This document shows, piece after piece, positions 1 to 9,300 of a stretch of DNA of 64,000 nucleotides. The stretch lies in the IMG/VR virus record IMGVR_UViG_3300033143_006513; one strand, written 5' to 3'. This DNA comes from a virus. The stretch's first letter is position 1, and every line of letters starts with the position of its first letter. A model generated the notes under the pieces. It made no database searches and was not told the origin of the DNA. It saw nothing but the letters and a program-made list of their open reading frames with translations. Both the position numbers and the translations under genes were made by a program.

Positions 1-3000
1 CAAAGTATTTCTTTGCCAGCACCATTATCATACGAAGGCACGTGTCCTGGAAGTTTACTAATAGATGGTGATACAATCTATCTAGGATTATATTACAACT
101 ATGTACTTTCTACTAGAGATACTTTTTACTATAGATATAATATATCAGGAGAAACATGGACTGCATATGTAGCTCCAAAAACAAGTACAAACAGAGCCTT
201 CTACATGTTGTTTTATAAATCAGGAAGTGACATCCATTTAGCTGGAGATATTGCTTACACAGGTAGTCCAGTAGATACATATACATATAGAGATCACAAA
301 TGTACTGACTTAAACAATAATATATGGGAAGTTCACAAAGCAGTAGCTATAAACGCTATGGACCAGGGAAAATACGTATGCATGTATGGCCAGTATTATT
401 TAAACAATATAATATATATTAGTTTTACAACAGCTACTAATATAGGATTTGTATGTAGTGGGCCAACATGTAGACAAATAAATGTATCAGCAGGAACTTC
501 TGATTATTGGTTGATAAACCCTATCGACAAACACTATATTATAACAGATCCAACAAATACTGATTTGTATTGCGCTTCCGTAACCAATGGTATATTTTAT
601 AATTATAACACTACTTCTGGAACAACAGTAAAAATTTCAATTCCAAGACAGTCTTTTGTAAATTATTACGTATGTTCTACTGGCGGAAACGATTATTTAC
701 TAGGAAAACAAGAAATAGAATATGACCCTTCTTTATATAAATATAAATTTTATACATACAAAGACAACGCTGGCACATGGGATCAATATGATGTCCAAGA
801 AGAAACATGTACTTCTGGTACTTTAAAACTAAATACAATCCAAGAGTATTATGAACTTGATAATGCTGTTTACATGGCCGCATTTTTGCGCAGTACTGAA
901 AACATAAACGTATCAAAAACAGAACATAAAAAATACAATGTAATAAGCAAAACATTAGATAGTTTTTCAGCCCCAACTTTAACTACATCTATAACATCGT
1001 CTGGAACAAACTTGTTTTTAGCTATAGGAAACACAGTTAAAAAATATGAAACAACAACAGAAAATACTACATTGTTTCAAGAAGGTATAGCAGGCAATAG
1101 ATCGTCTGCCTTTCCATACATATACGAACATTCTGGTCACCTAAAAGCTACAGGAAATCAGTACTTTACACCAGCTGCCGGCGGAAAATTTATAACCTAT
1201 GAACAACCGACAGGAAGTGGAAGTTGGTCAATAGTAGACTCTAAAAATATATCTGCCACATTGTATAATACATTAGATTACGCAGAAAAAAATAATGAGT
1301 TATATGTAATTAATACGTCAGAACAATTAACATTAGATTTAACAACATTATCTTTAGAATATGTAAGTAATCCACCATATTCAGCAATATGTACTGTAAC
1401 CTCTGGTGGAATTATAGTTTATAATGACCACTATGCTTGCCCTAGTTATATATATAATAATAACATGTTTTCAGAAATTCCAAGTGATGTAGTAAAAACA
1501 CAAAAATCATCTAATTTATTATTTATAAATAATAATTTATACTTCACCAAAAATAGTGTAACTAATGAAATCTCTACAGTAGATACAATATCAGGAACTA
1601 CATCAATAATATATGATAATGAAGTAGTAGGTGAAACCCCATTCTTATTCAATGTAAACAACACACCCTATATGTTACAACCTGAATATGATACCTTATC
1701 AACTATAAGTGGCAGTTATGTTAATACAATAAAATCAAACTTAGATATTGCAGAACATACTTTTGCGTGCTCAGACAATGCAGATACAATATATTTTGCA
1801 AAAGGAAAAAATTATTATTTATTTTATAAATTTACTATAACAAGCGGTATTGTAACACAACTAAATAATTTACCAGAATATGGATCAACACATTCTTCTA
1901 TGGGGCACTATGGTAGTAAAATCTACTATATAACATATAATAGACTATATTTATATGACATTATTACAGAAACATGGGGCTCATATACCTCATTACCAGA
2001 ATCTATATACTCAAAAGGAATAACAATTGATTCAAACTATATTTATTATTGCGGTAACATGAGCATACGCCGTATAAATAAAGCACACCCAGAAACAACA
2101 GCAGTTAACTTTGCCCCAATCCCTGTAAGACATCACTCCGCTTATTGTATGAGTGGAACAGATATATACTTACATTACAACACAATAAACATAATTTCTG
2201 AATGTACAGCTATAATAGGAGAAGAAAAACTAACAAACTTTAATTTAAACAATATTAATCATCTGTTACCTTCTGCAGTACCTTATAATTTTAATCTCAT
2301 ATCGAACACAGAAAAAGAGGTAGAATTCTCTTGGGAAATATCATCTGTAAGCCATATAACACACTACCGAATATATAGAAATGAAACAGAAACAGGACCA
2401 ATTGACTATGTTGGTAGCTCAATAACTTTGTCATTTAAAGACACCCTTGCTGATAGAGGAAAAACCTATTATTATTTTGTTAAATCATGTAATGAGTATG
2501 GTGGTGCTACTTCCTTCTCACCTGCATACGAAATAAACGTAGCCGGATATTCATATAAATACGCTTTAATTACTAACGATTGGCAAAATAGAAAAAAAGA
2601 AATAAATCAATTACCAAACTCTGGAATATACTTATGGGGAAACAGCAACCTAACTTTTGAAAATACTGTTAGAATAAATATAACTTTCGGAGAAGCATAT
2701 CAATGTTATTTAACTGCATGGGACGATGATAGCCACAGCACAACTGATAATGTTCTACTTTCAAATGAATGTTATAGAATAGCTGCTGTAGCCTTTGCAG
2801 TTAAAGAAGACGCTGTTCTTACTGAGCCTGATATAAAAGCTATGTATTGCGCTCCACAATTTAATAAAATATTAAAAGGAAACGGTAGTTATTATGGAAA
2901 ATTTTCTGTAAACTACGAAACCATACCTAATAGATATGGAGCATATATTATATTTAAACCTATATTAATAAATATACCAGAATCTTTACTTAGTAAAGGG

Positions 3001-3042
3001 ATTTACGAATTTAAAACAGTTTTTCATTTTAGCTATACTTAA
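1..3042 (+). CDS. 5'-truncated virion/fibre-associated protein: kelch-like beta-propeller repeats, FN3 domain, shared C-terminal 'FGEAY..AWDD..YT' module
   Basis: Frame is open from base 1 (CAA AGT ATT TCT TTG...), so the TTG at 13 is probably not the true start. Kelch-like segments (DTIYFAKG...YKFTI; KIYYITYNRLYLYDIITETW), an FN3 pattern (VEFSW...YRIYR...FKD...GKTYYYFVKSCNEYG), and a C-terminus alignable to ORF 52510-54084. Confidence 0.75.
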   Translation, partial: QSISLPAPLSYEGTCPGSLLIDGDTIYLGLYYNYVLSTRDTFYYRYNISGETWTAYVAPKTSTNRAFYMLFYKSGSDIHLAGDIAYTGSPVDTYTYRDHKCTDLNNNIWEVHKAVAINAMDQGKYVCMYGQYYLNNIIYISFTTATNIGFVCSGPTCRQINVSAGTSDYWLINPIDKHYIITDPTNTDLYCASVTNGIFYNYNTTSGTTVKISIPRQSFVNYYVCSTGGNDYLLGKQEIEYDPSLYKYKFYTYKDNAGTWDQYDVQEETCTSGTLKLNTIQEYYELDNAVYMAAFLRSTENINVSKTEHKKYNVISKTLDSFSAPTLTTSITSSGTNLFLAIGNTVKKYETTTENTTLFQEGIAGNRSSAFPYIYEHSGHLKATGNQYFTPAAGGKFITYEQPTGSGSWSIVDSKNISATLYNTLDYAEKNNELYVINTSEQLTLDLTTLSLEYVSNPPYSAICTVTSGGIIVYNDHYACPSYIYNNNMFSEIPSDVVKTQKSSNLLFINNNLYFTKNSVTNEISTVDTISGTTSIIYDNEVVGETPFLFNVNNTPYMLQPEYDTLSTISGSYVNTIKSNLDIAEHTFACSDNADTIYFAKGKNYYLFYKFTITSGIVTQLNNLPEYGSTHSSMGHYGSKIYYITYNRLYLYDIITETWGSYTSLPESIYSKGITIDSNYIYYCGNMSIRRINKAHPETTAVNFAPIPVRHHSAYCMSGTDIYLHYNTINIISECTAIIGEEKLTNFNLNNINHLLPSAVPYNFNLISNTEKEVEFSWEISSVSHITHYRIYRNETETGPIDYVGSSITLSFKDTLADRGKTYYYFVKSCNEYGGATSFSPAYEINVAGYSYKYALITNDWQNRKKEINQLPNSGIYLWGNSNLTFENTVRINITFGEAYQCYLTAWDDDSHSTTDNVLLSNECYRIAAVAFAVKEDAVLTEPDIKAMYCAPQFNKILKGNGSYYGKFSVNYETIPNRYGAYIIFKPILINIPESLLSKGIYEFKTVFHFSYT

Positions 3043-3045
3043 AAT

Positions 3046-3288
3046 ATGGAAAATAACAAGAAAAAAAATTTACAGAAAGCATTATCTACAACAATAACTG
3101 TTGCTTCTCTTATGGAACTTTTATCACACTATGATGGAAGATTTCCTGTATGTTTTGTAGATAAAAAAAACAATATGATATCTATAACAGCTGATGATAT
3201 TTGTATGACAAATATAAATATATTATTTCCCAGTCATACACATATTTTTGATATTCCAGCAATAGTGATTACTCATGATCAAAACTAA
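3046..3288 (+). CDS. small hypothetical phage protein (80 aa)
   Basis: ATG 3 nt after the upstream stop; fills the gap between two genes; TV.xL..LL..Y...PV pattern resembles common small phage proteins. Confidence 0.6.
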   Translation: MENNKKKNLQKALSTTITVASLMELLSHYDGRFPVCFVDKKNNMISITADDICMTNINILFPSHTHIFDIPAIVITHDQN

Positions 3289-3335
3289 ACTTTCTGTTCT
3301 AATTATAGTAAACATATTTACAGGAGATACTAACT

Positions 3336-4211
3336 ATGCTTATACAAGATAGAATTATAAAAACGGGTTTAATCCCCCAAATTCCAGACATCAGAAATTA
3401 TACAATGACAAGCCAACAGGTTTTTAAAGCTTATCAGCGTGTTGGTGTTTTTTGCGGCGATGATGGTGATTTAGTAATCCCACCACAAGTAGACATAAGT
3501 GAATTTGATAGTCCAGTAGAAGATCAAGGTACACAAGGAACATGTACAGCTAACGCAGGTGCTGGTCTATTAGAACATTTAGAACGCAGAACATATGGAA
3601 CTTACATAAACCATTCAAGAAAATTTTTATATAAAATGTCAAGACAACTAGATGGTAAAACTGGGGATGTCGGTGCAACAGTACCCGCTACTCTTGGATC
3701 TATAGTATTATTTGGAATGCCACCAGAAAAATATTGGCCCTACAGCAAAGGTATAGACGATCAACCTACTGCATTTGTACACGGGTTAGCACAAAACTAT
3801 CAAGGAACCAACTATGTTAACCTTTCTAAAGCAGGAACGACCCCTGCACAATTTTTAAATAACATGAAAATAAATATAACTTCTGGGCTCCCTGTGATAT
3901 TCGGATTCACTTTATATTCGTCTATATCAAGTTGTAACAACGGTTACATCAAATACCCTTTACCAGGAGAAACAGCAGAAGGAGGACACTGTATACTATC
4001 TGTAGGATTTAATGATACTGTTGAAATAAATAATGGAAGTTACACCTCTACTGGGGCTTTTTATATAAAAAACAGTTGGGGTACCTCCTGGGGCATTGAT
4101 GGCTATGGCTGGTTACCTTATGATTATATTACAAATGGAATAGCTTGGGATGGTTGGGTATTAATAAATGCAGAATGGGTAGAACTAGGACAATTTAGCA
4201 TTTATCCTTAA
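3336..4211 (+). CDS. papain-like cysteine protease, peptidase family C1A
   Basis: DQGTQGTCTANA (oxyanion Gln and catalytic Cys, codon 3543-3545), GGHCILSVG (His, 3987-3989), IKNSWG (Asn, 4071-4073), N-terminal G..P..PD.R.Y motif of bacterial C1A enzymes; AGGAGA RBS at 3322-3327, 8 nt before ATG. Confidence 0.93.
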   Translation: MLIQDRIIKTGLIPQIPDIRNYTMTSQQVFKAYQRVGVFCGDDGDLVIPPQVDISEFDSPVEDQGTQGTCTANAGAGLLEHLERRTYGTYINHSRKFLYKMSRQLDGKTGDVGATVPATLGSIVLFGMPPEKYWPYSKGIDDQPTAFVHGLAQNYQGTNYVNLSKAGTTPAQFLNNMKINITSGLPVIFGFTLYSSISSCNNGYIKYPLPGETAEGGHCILSVGFNDTVEINNGSYTSTGAFYIKNSWGTSWGIDGYGWLPYDYITNGIAWDGWVLINAEWVELGQFSIYP

Positions 4212-6340
4212 GGAATAGCGGATATATTACAACTCATATCCTGTATTCCGCCAAATATGTTTGATTTTGATTTATACATTATGTAATTAATACAAGTTCC
4301 CATGGTTGATAAAGACCCTGATTTCAAATAAGTAAATGGAAAATCCGTATATAGAAGTTCTTTCTCTATTCCTTGTATTTTTACATTTAATTTTAAATTT
4401 TTAACTATTGAATTTATTTTAGCAACCAACCCCGACGTTGCTACATTTCCTGATGTTTTTACAAGCCCGTATCTAATAGCAGCATCTGTGCTATCAAAAT
4501 ATAAATCATGTCTTAAATTATATTCATGTTTAATACCAAGACTGGAACTGCGTTTAAACAAAAACGAAATAATTGGCTCACCATAATCTTTAGCAAACAC
4601 TCTACCTCCAGCATAATAAATTGGTTTTTCTGTATTTAAATAGACATCAATATATGCAGACCACCTCTTTCTATAATTATCTATTTCAATCATTTCTTCG
4701 GTCAAAACTCTCTCGTTACTTCTACCATGTATTATTAACAAACGTGAGTGTATAATAGCATTAAGGGATAGATTATGTGGTTGTGATGTTATTAATGCCT
4801 TTAAACCTACTTGTCCATTAATTATTTTAAATGTAATATTCAATGAATTTTTAAAAAATACAGGACTTGGTCTTATACAATCAGAAACAGATGTAGATAT
4901 TTTAAATGACAAAAATTTGGATAATATACTATATTTATTAGTATAATTTATTAATACACCAAGATCGCGTATCCCATTAAATATAACTTTAACACCCTCT
5001 ATTGTGGCTCTCAAATCATAAGTAGGTATAGACGAAATCGCTGCTACCAAAGAAGCATATGCAGATCGGGGTGTTCTTAAGGTACATAACGAGAATCCAA
5101 TATAAACTCTAAGATCGGAAGTATTAGCGGTACTAAATTTATAAAACTCATTAAAGATTATTTCTCTAACTTTAATATCAGCCTTAAGATTTTTTGCTCC
5201 GCCAACAGAATTTATACTAGCTCTAAGTGAAACATACTTTATAGAAAATATAGAAGATAACAAACCAGCATGTTGCCACCCTGATATTTCTGCACCTAAA
5301 CACTTTGATTGTTGCGTTCCTAGTAAACCTGAAATATATGTAGTTAAATTTTTATAACCACCATGAGCTGTTATCATAGCACGTAAATAATAAGCAGGTA
5401 TTATTGCGTTAATAGTTGCATAAAGATCTCTGTGTGCCCACCCAACTATTGACGCATTTAACAAATGAATCGGTCTACTGCTAATAGAAGCACCAAGAGT
5501 TACACGATCAACATTAAAACAATTAATACTAGAATTTATATCAAAAATATGCCATGTAATTATATTAGATGATATATTACTATAATTTCCAACACTAACC
5601 GCTTTCATAATAACACAAAGATCTGCCGGGTAATGGCCACCAATATTTGCTATAAGATCGTTTTGCCCCTTTGCAGCTATCCACACAGCAAGATTAGAAA
5701 CAGCCCAACCATATATATTTGTTTGTAGGTTTTTATACGGCCACACTTTAATATATGACGACAAATCTCTTGGTTGTGTTATTTTCAACTCAGCTGTAAG
5801 ATAGGCTTCAACATATGGCTGTACAAAAACTTTCAAATTTCCTCCCAAATAGTCTGGCGGTTCAAATTCATTAGTCCACCACCCACGTATAATTTCACGA
5901 AATTGATCTTCTCCTTCCCGCTGTGCTCTTAAAGCAATAATTAAATTCTTAGGTTTAATTGCATACACATTGGTAGATAAATCTGCAACTACTCCACGTT
6001 TCCATCCAACTAAACACGCCCTAATATTTACTTGTTCAGACCTAAAACACCTAAGACAGCCCAATAAATCACTATCTCCAATAAAAGATGTACGTAATGC
6101 TACAAGCAAATCTCTTGAATACTCTGGTTTTGGTATTGAAACAATACTTGCAACAAGACTTGATGGAACACCTGTACTATACCCAACAAACAACATACGA
6201 GTAAGTAATTTTAATCCACCAAAAGTACCTACTAATATGTTTTCCGTTTTCCATAAACCAGAACTATGCTCAGCACAAGCCCTATCTTTTGGGTTTACAG
6301 CCTGTATTATACTTTGTAATATACTGGTTCCACTAGACAT
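4208..6340 (-). CDS. virion protein with ~12-13-aa [DN]-L-x-[AS]-x-I repeats (putative fibre/spike shaft)
   Basis: 710-aa ORF, last gene of the minus-strand block; about 30 short repeats readable by eye (DLSSYI, NLQTNI, DLIANI, DLYATI, SLRASI, DLRATI). Confidence 0.6.
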   Translation of the reverse strand: MSSGTSILQSIIQAVNPKDRACAEHSSGLWKTENILVGTFGGLKLLTRMLFVGYSTGVPSSLVASIVSIPKPEYSRDLLVALRTSFIGDSDLLGCLRCFRSEQVNIRACLVGWKRGVVADLSTNVYAIKPKNLIIALRAQREGEDQFREIIRGWWTNEFEPPDYLGGNLKVFVQPYVEAYLTAELKITQPRDLSSYIKVWPYKNLQTNIYGWAVSNLAVWIAAKGQNDLIANIGGHYPADLCVIMKAVSVGNYSNISSNIITWHIFDINSSINCFNVDRVTLGASISSRPIHLLNASIVGWAHRDLYATINAIIPAYYLRAMITAHGGYKNLTTYISGLLGTQQSKCLGAEISGWQHAGLLSSIFSIKYVSLRASINSVGGAKNLKADIKVREIIFNEFYKFSTANTSDLRVYIGFSLCTLRTPRSAYASLVAAISSIPTYDLRATIEGVKVIFNGIRDLGVLINYTNKYSILSKFLSFKISTSVSDCIRPSPVFFKNSLNITFKIINGQVGLKALITSQPHNLSLNAIIHSRLLIIHGRSNERVLTEEMIEIDNYRKRWSAYIDVYLNTEKPIYYAGGRVFAKDYGEPIISFLFKRSSSLGIKHEYNLRHDLYFDSTDAAIRYGLVKTSGNVATSGLVAKINSIVKNLKLNVKIQGIEKELLYTDFPFTYLKSGSLSTMGTCINYIMYKSKSNIFGGIQDMSCNISAIP

Positions 6341-6341
6341 T

Positions 6342-9300
6342 TTAATTTCCTATAGAATTAAAAACAACAGGATCAGCATTAGAAAAACTACCATCTACCA
6401 AATTTGACAAAACAAGTTCATTAATTATTGTTTTATTATCTAAATTAAATTCAACTAATTTAATACCAACAACATCTCTATAAATATAAATTACATTATT
6501 GTTGTTTATGTAAACATGATAACAGTAATCTGACACTGGTTCAAAATCTTTTAATAAACCCTTTATACCAACAGAATTAAATATAAACTCGTTAGACCCC
6601 TCATCAAACACATAAAACCCAGATGACGTACCTACTACTAATTTATCACCATAAGAAACATCTGTTATCTTTCCAGGAACTGTTATCATTATTTCTTTAT
6701 CGCTTAACTTTCTTATATAGTTATCATAAACAATTAAAATATCATTTTTATATTCAAACAAACTATTAGCAGCACCACAAGAATAAACATCTGTTGCATC
6801 TTTTATATTAATTACTTTTTCATTTGATAAAACATACATCTTAGAGTCACATTCTACGACAGATTTTATAACAGCATCTGCTGTATAAATAGGCATAAGC
6901 TTACGAGTAATAATTAAATCTAAATTAGTTTCTATGTATTCTGTTTGAACAAAACCCAACTCTTCACCGTATGCAATATAAACATACTCATCTGTTATTA
7001 ATAAACTATTTACACCATTATCTAAAAGCCAATATTGTTTTGTTAAATTATTAGTAAGAATGTTATTTACTTTTACTATTCCGCCCAAAGTCCCAAACAA
7101 TGTAAATTTATTTGAATATTTCATTGTAGTAATATACTTTAATTTATCTATATTTAATATATCTTCTACGCTATACTTTATTTTATTATCATTTGTTACA
7201 CCATACAATCCACCAATTTCATCATAAGAAAAATCAGAACAATCTGAAAAAGAATGTAAAGTATAATCTAAAGTATCTGTATTAATTTGTAAAATTCTTC
7301 TAGATAATGGGCTTGAAAAAACAGAATCTGCCTCAGCAGGTATTACCTCACCAACACTATCATAGCCTATTATATATAAATCATATAATCTAAAAACCCT
7401 TGAAAGGGGGTGGCTTGGGTCTGAATAAAAACCAGAAGCCATTCTAAAAGTATTATCACTAATACTATAATATTTATCTAAATTTATAACCTCTTCATAA
7501 GAAGATGTGGCTGATTTAGAACCAGTATACATAGCATAGTCTGTGTTAATAGAAGACAGTGTTCCTGATTTGTTTATATCAAAGTAAAGCATATCACCAA
7601 CAAAATTAGAAACCCTGCTATTCAAAGAAACACCAAACCCTACATATAACTCACTCTCTACCACATCAATAATACCATAAAATGGAACTTTAAGATAATT
7701 ACCATTAACAAAAATATCAATATAAACATCACTTACATATACAGCAACAAACGACCATTGGTTTAAATTTATATCCATATTCAAATCTACAACAGAAATT
7801 ACCCCATCTTGTCCAAATACAAATTTTAAATCCCTACCATACAGCGCCAGTCCGTAAGACACCTTCGACTTTGTTGATTTAAAAAATATCGGATTAAATT
7901 CTTTATATGAATCAATACGTAATATAAACTCAGCACTCAAATCCCACACAGGAGTGTCATCAAAACCATTATTTATAAAATAAGCAGAACCATCTAAACT
8001 ACCAAAAGTAACATCATCTTCTATCCGATGTCTAACACCGTTTCCTAACCCACCACGAAAATCATAAGCAAATCTTGATGATGATTCAATCTGGTTTGTT
8101 AGTGTTTTAATTTGTTTTGCTTTTAATAACTTTAAATTATTTTCAGAAACTTCAAAATTAAATTTTATTCTTGACAACCCTAGTAAAGAGTTTTCAGAAT
8201 GATATAATCTACATGGTGATATATCTAAGAAATCTGCCAACGCTTCAGCAATATTCACATTAACAGGCTCATAAGGAAATTGCATTGTTCCGTGTCTACT
8301 AATTATAAATGTATATATATACTCATACGGGGTTTGTGACAGCAATACATATCTCAAATCAATCACTATTCCAAACATGTTTATATTTACAAGACTTTCG
8401 TTTTGATATTTTATATCTAAAAATATATCATAATTATCTTTAACCATATTAGGACACAAAATGGCTGAAGTATAAATATCAATACCATATGCTGCAGCTC
8501 CTCCCCACTCTTCACCACAACAATTTAAAGCCTTATCATTAATTATAGAATTAGTGTAAGTATCGCCAACTATTACATCGCTTTGTTCATCATACCCAAA
8601 CTCCCCTACTAACTGTATATCTGTATTAAGAGCATCTTTAGAAAATTTACCAAGGTTACAATAACCATATATAGTATCATTACCAAAATAATCAAAAACA
8701 TTTACAACAGAAGCTTCCGACCCCAACAATTCAACATAAGTATTTCCGTTATAAACACAAGAGTTACACACTTTGTTTCCGGCGAGAAAAATTTTACCAT
8801 ACAGCTCTCCGTTTATTTTTATAACATCTCCAGAACTACCAGATATACTACCCTCTAGTGAAAGCCTAACCAAGTTAGCAGATAAAACGTTTCCAATTAA
8901 TTTCATATCTAAAACAACATTACCTTTTGCAAAAGATTTAACTAATTTAAAAGTCGTTGTTTCGTAAACATATACACCACTATACGTTCCTACAAACATA
9001 AACCCATCTTTATATATTACATTTGTCACGCCATATGCATCAACATAAGTATTATATTTAGAAAACGTTCCAGGATCTCTAACATTGTTATTATTTAATT
9101 CAAGTATTGTTTCTTTATTTACAAACGATCTTGATATAAATAAATTATCTCTTATAAACCCTTTAAACTTATATGCAGCATAAATATCTGAACTGTAACC
9201 ACCAACAATAATATATTTTTGTCCAAGTGATCCACCAGTATCATAATCAAACTCTACTTTACCAAACTCTACCCCGTTGACATAAACATATAAACCAGTA

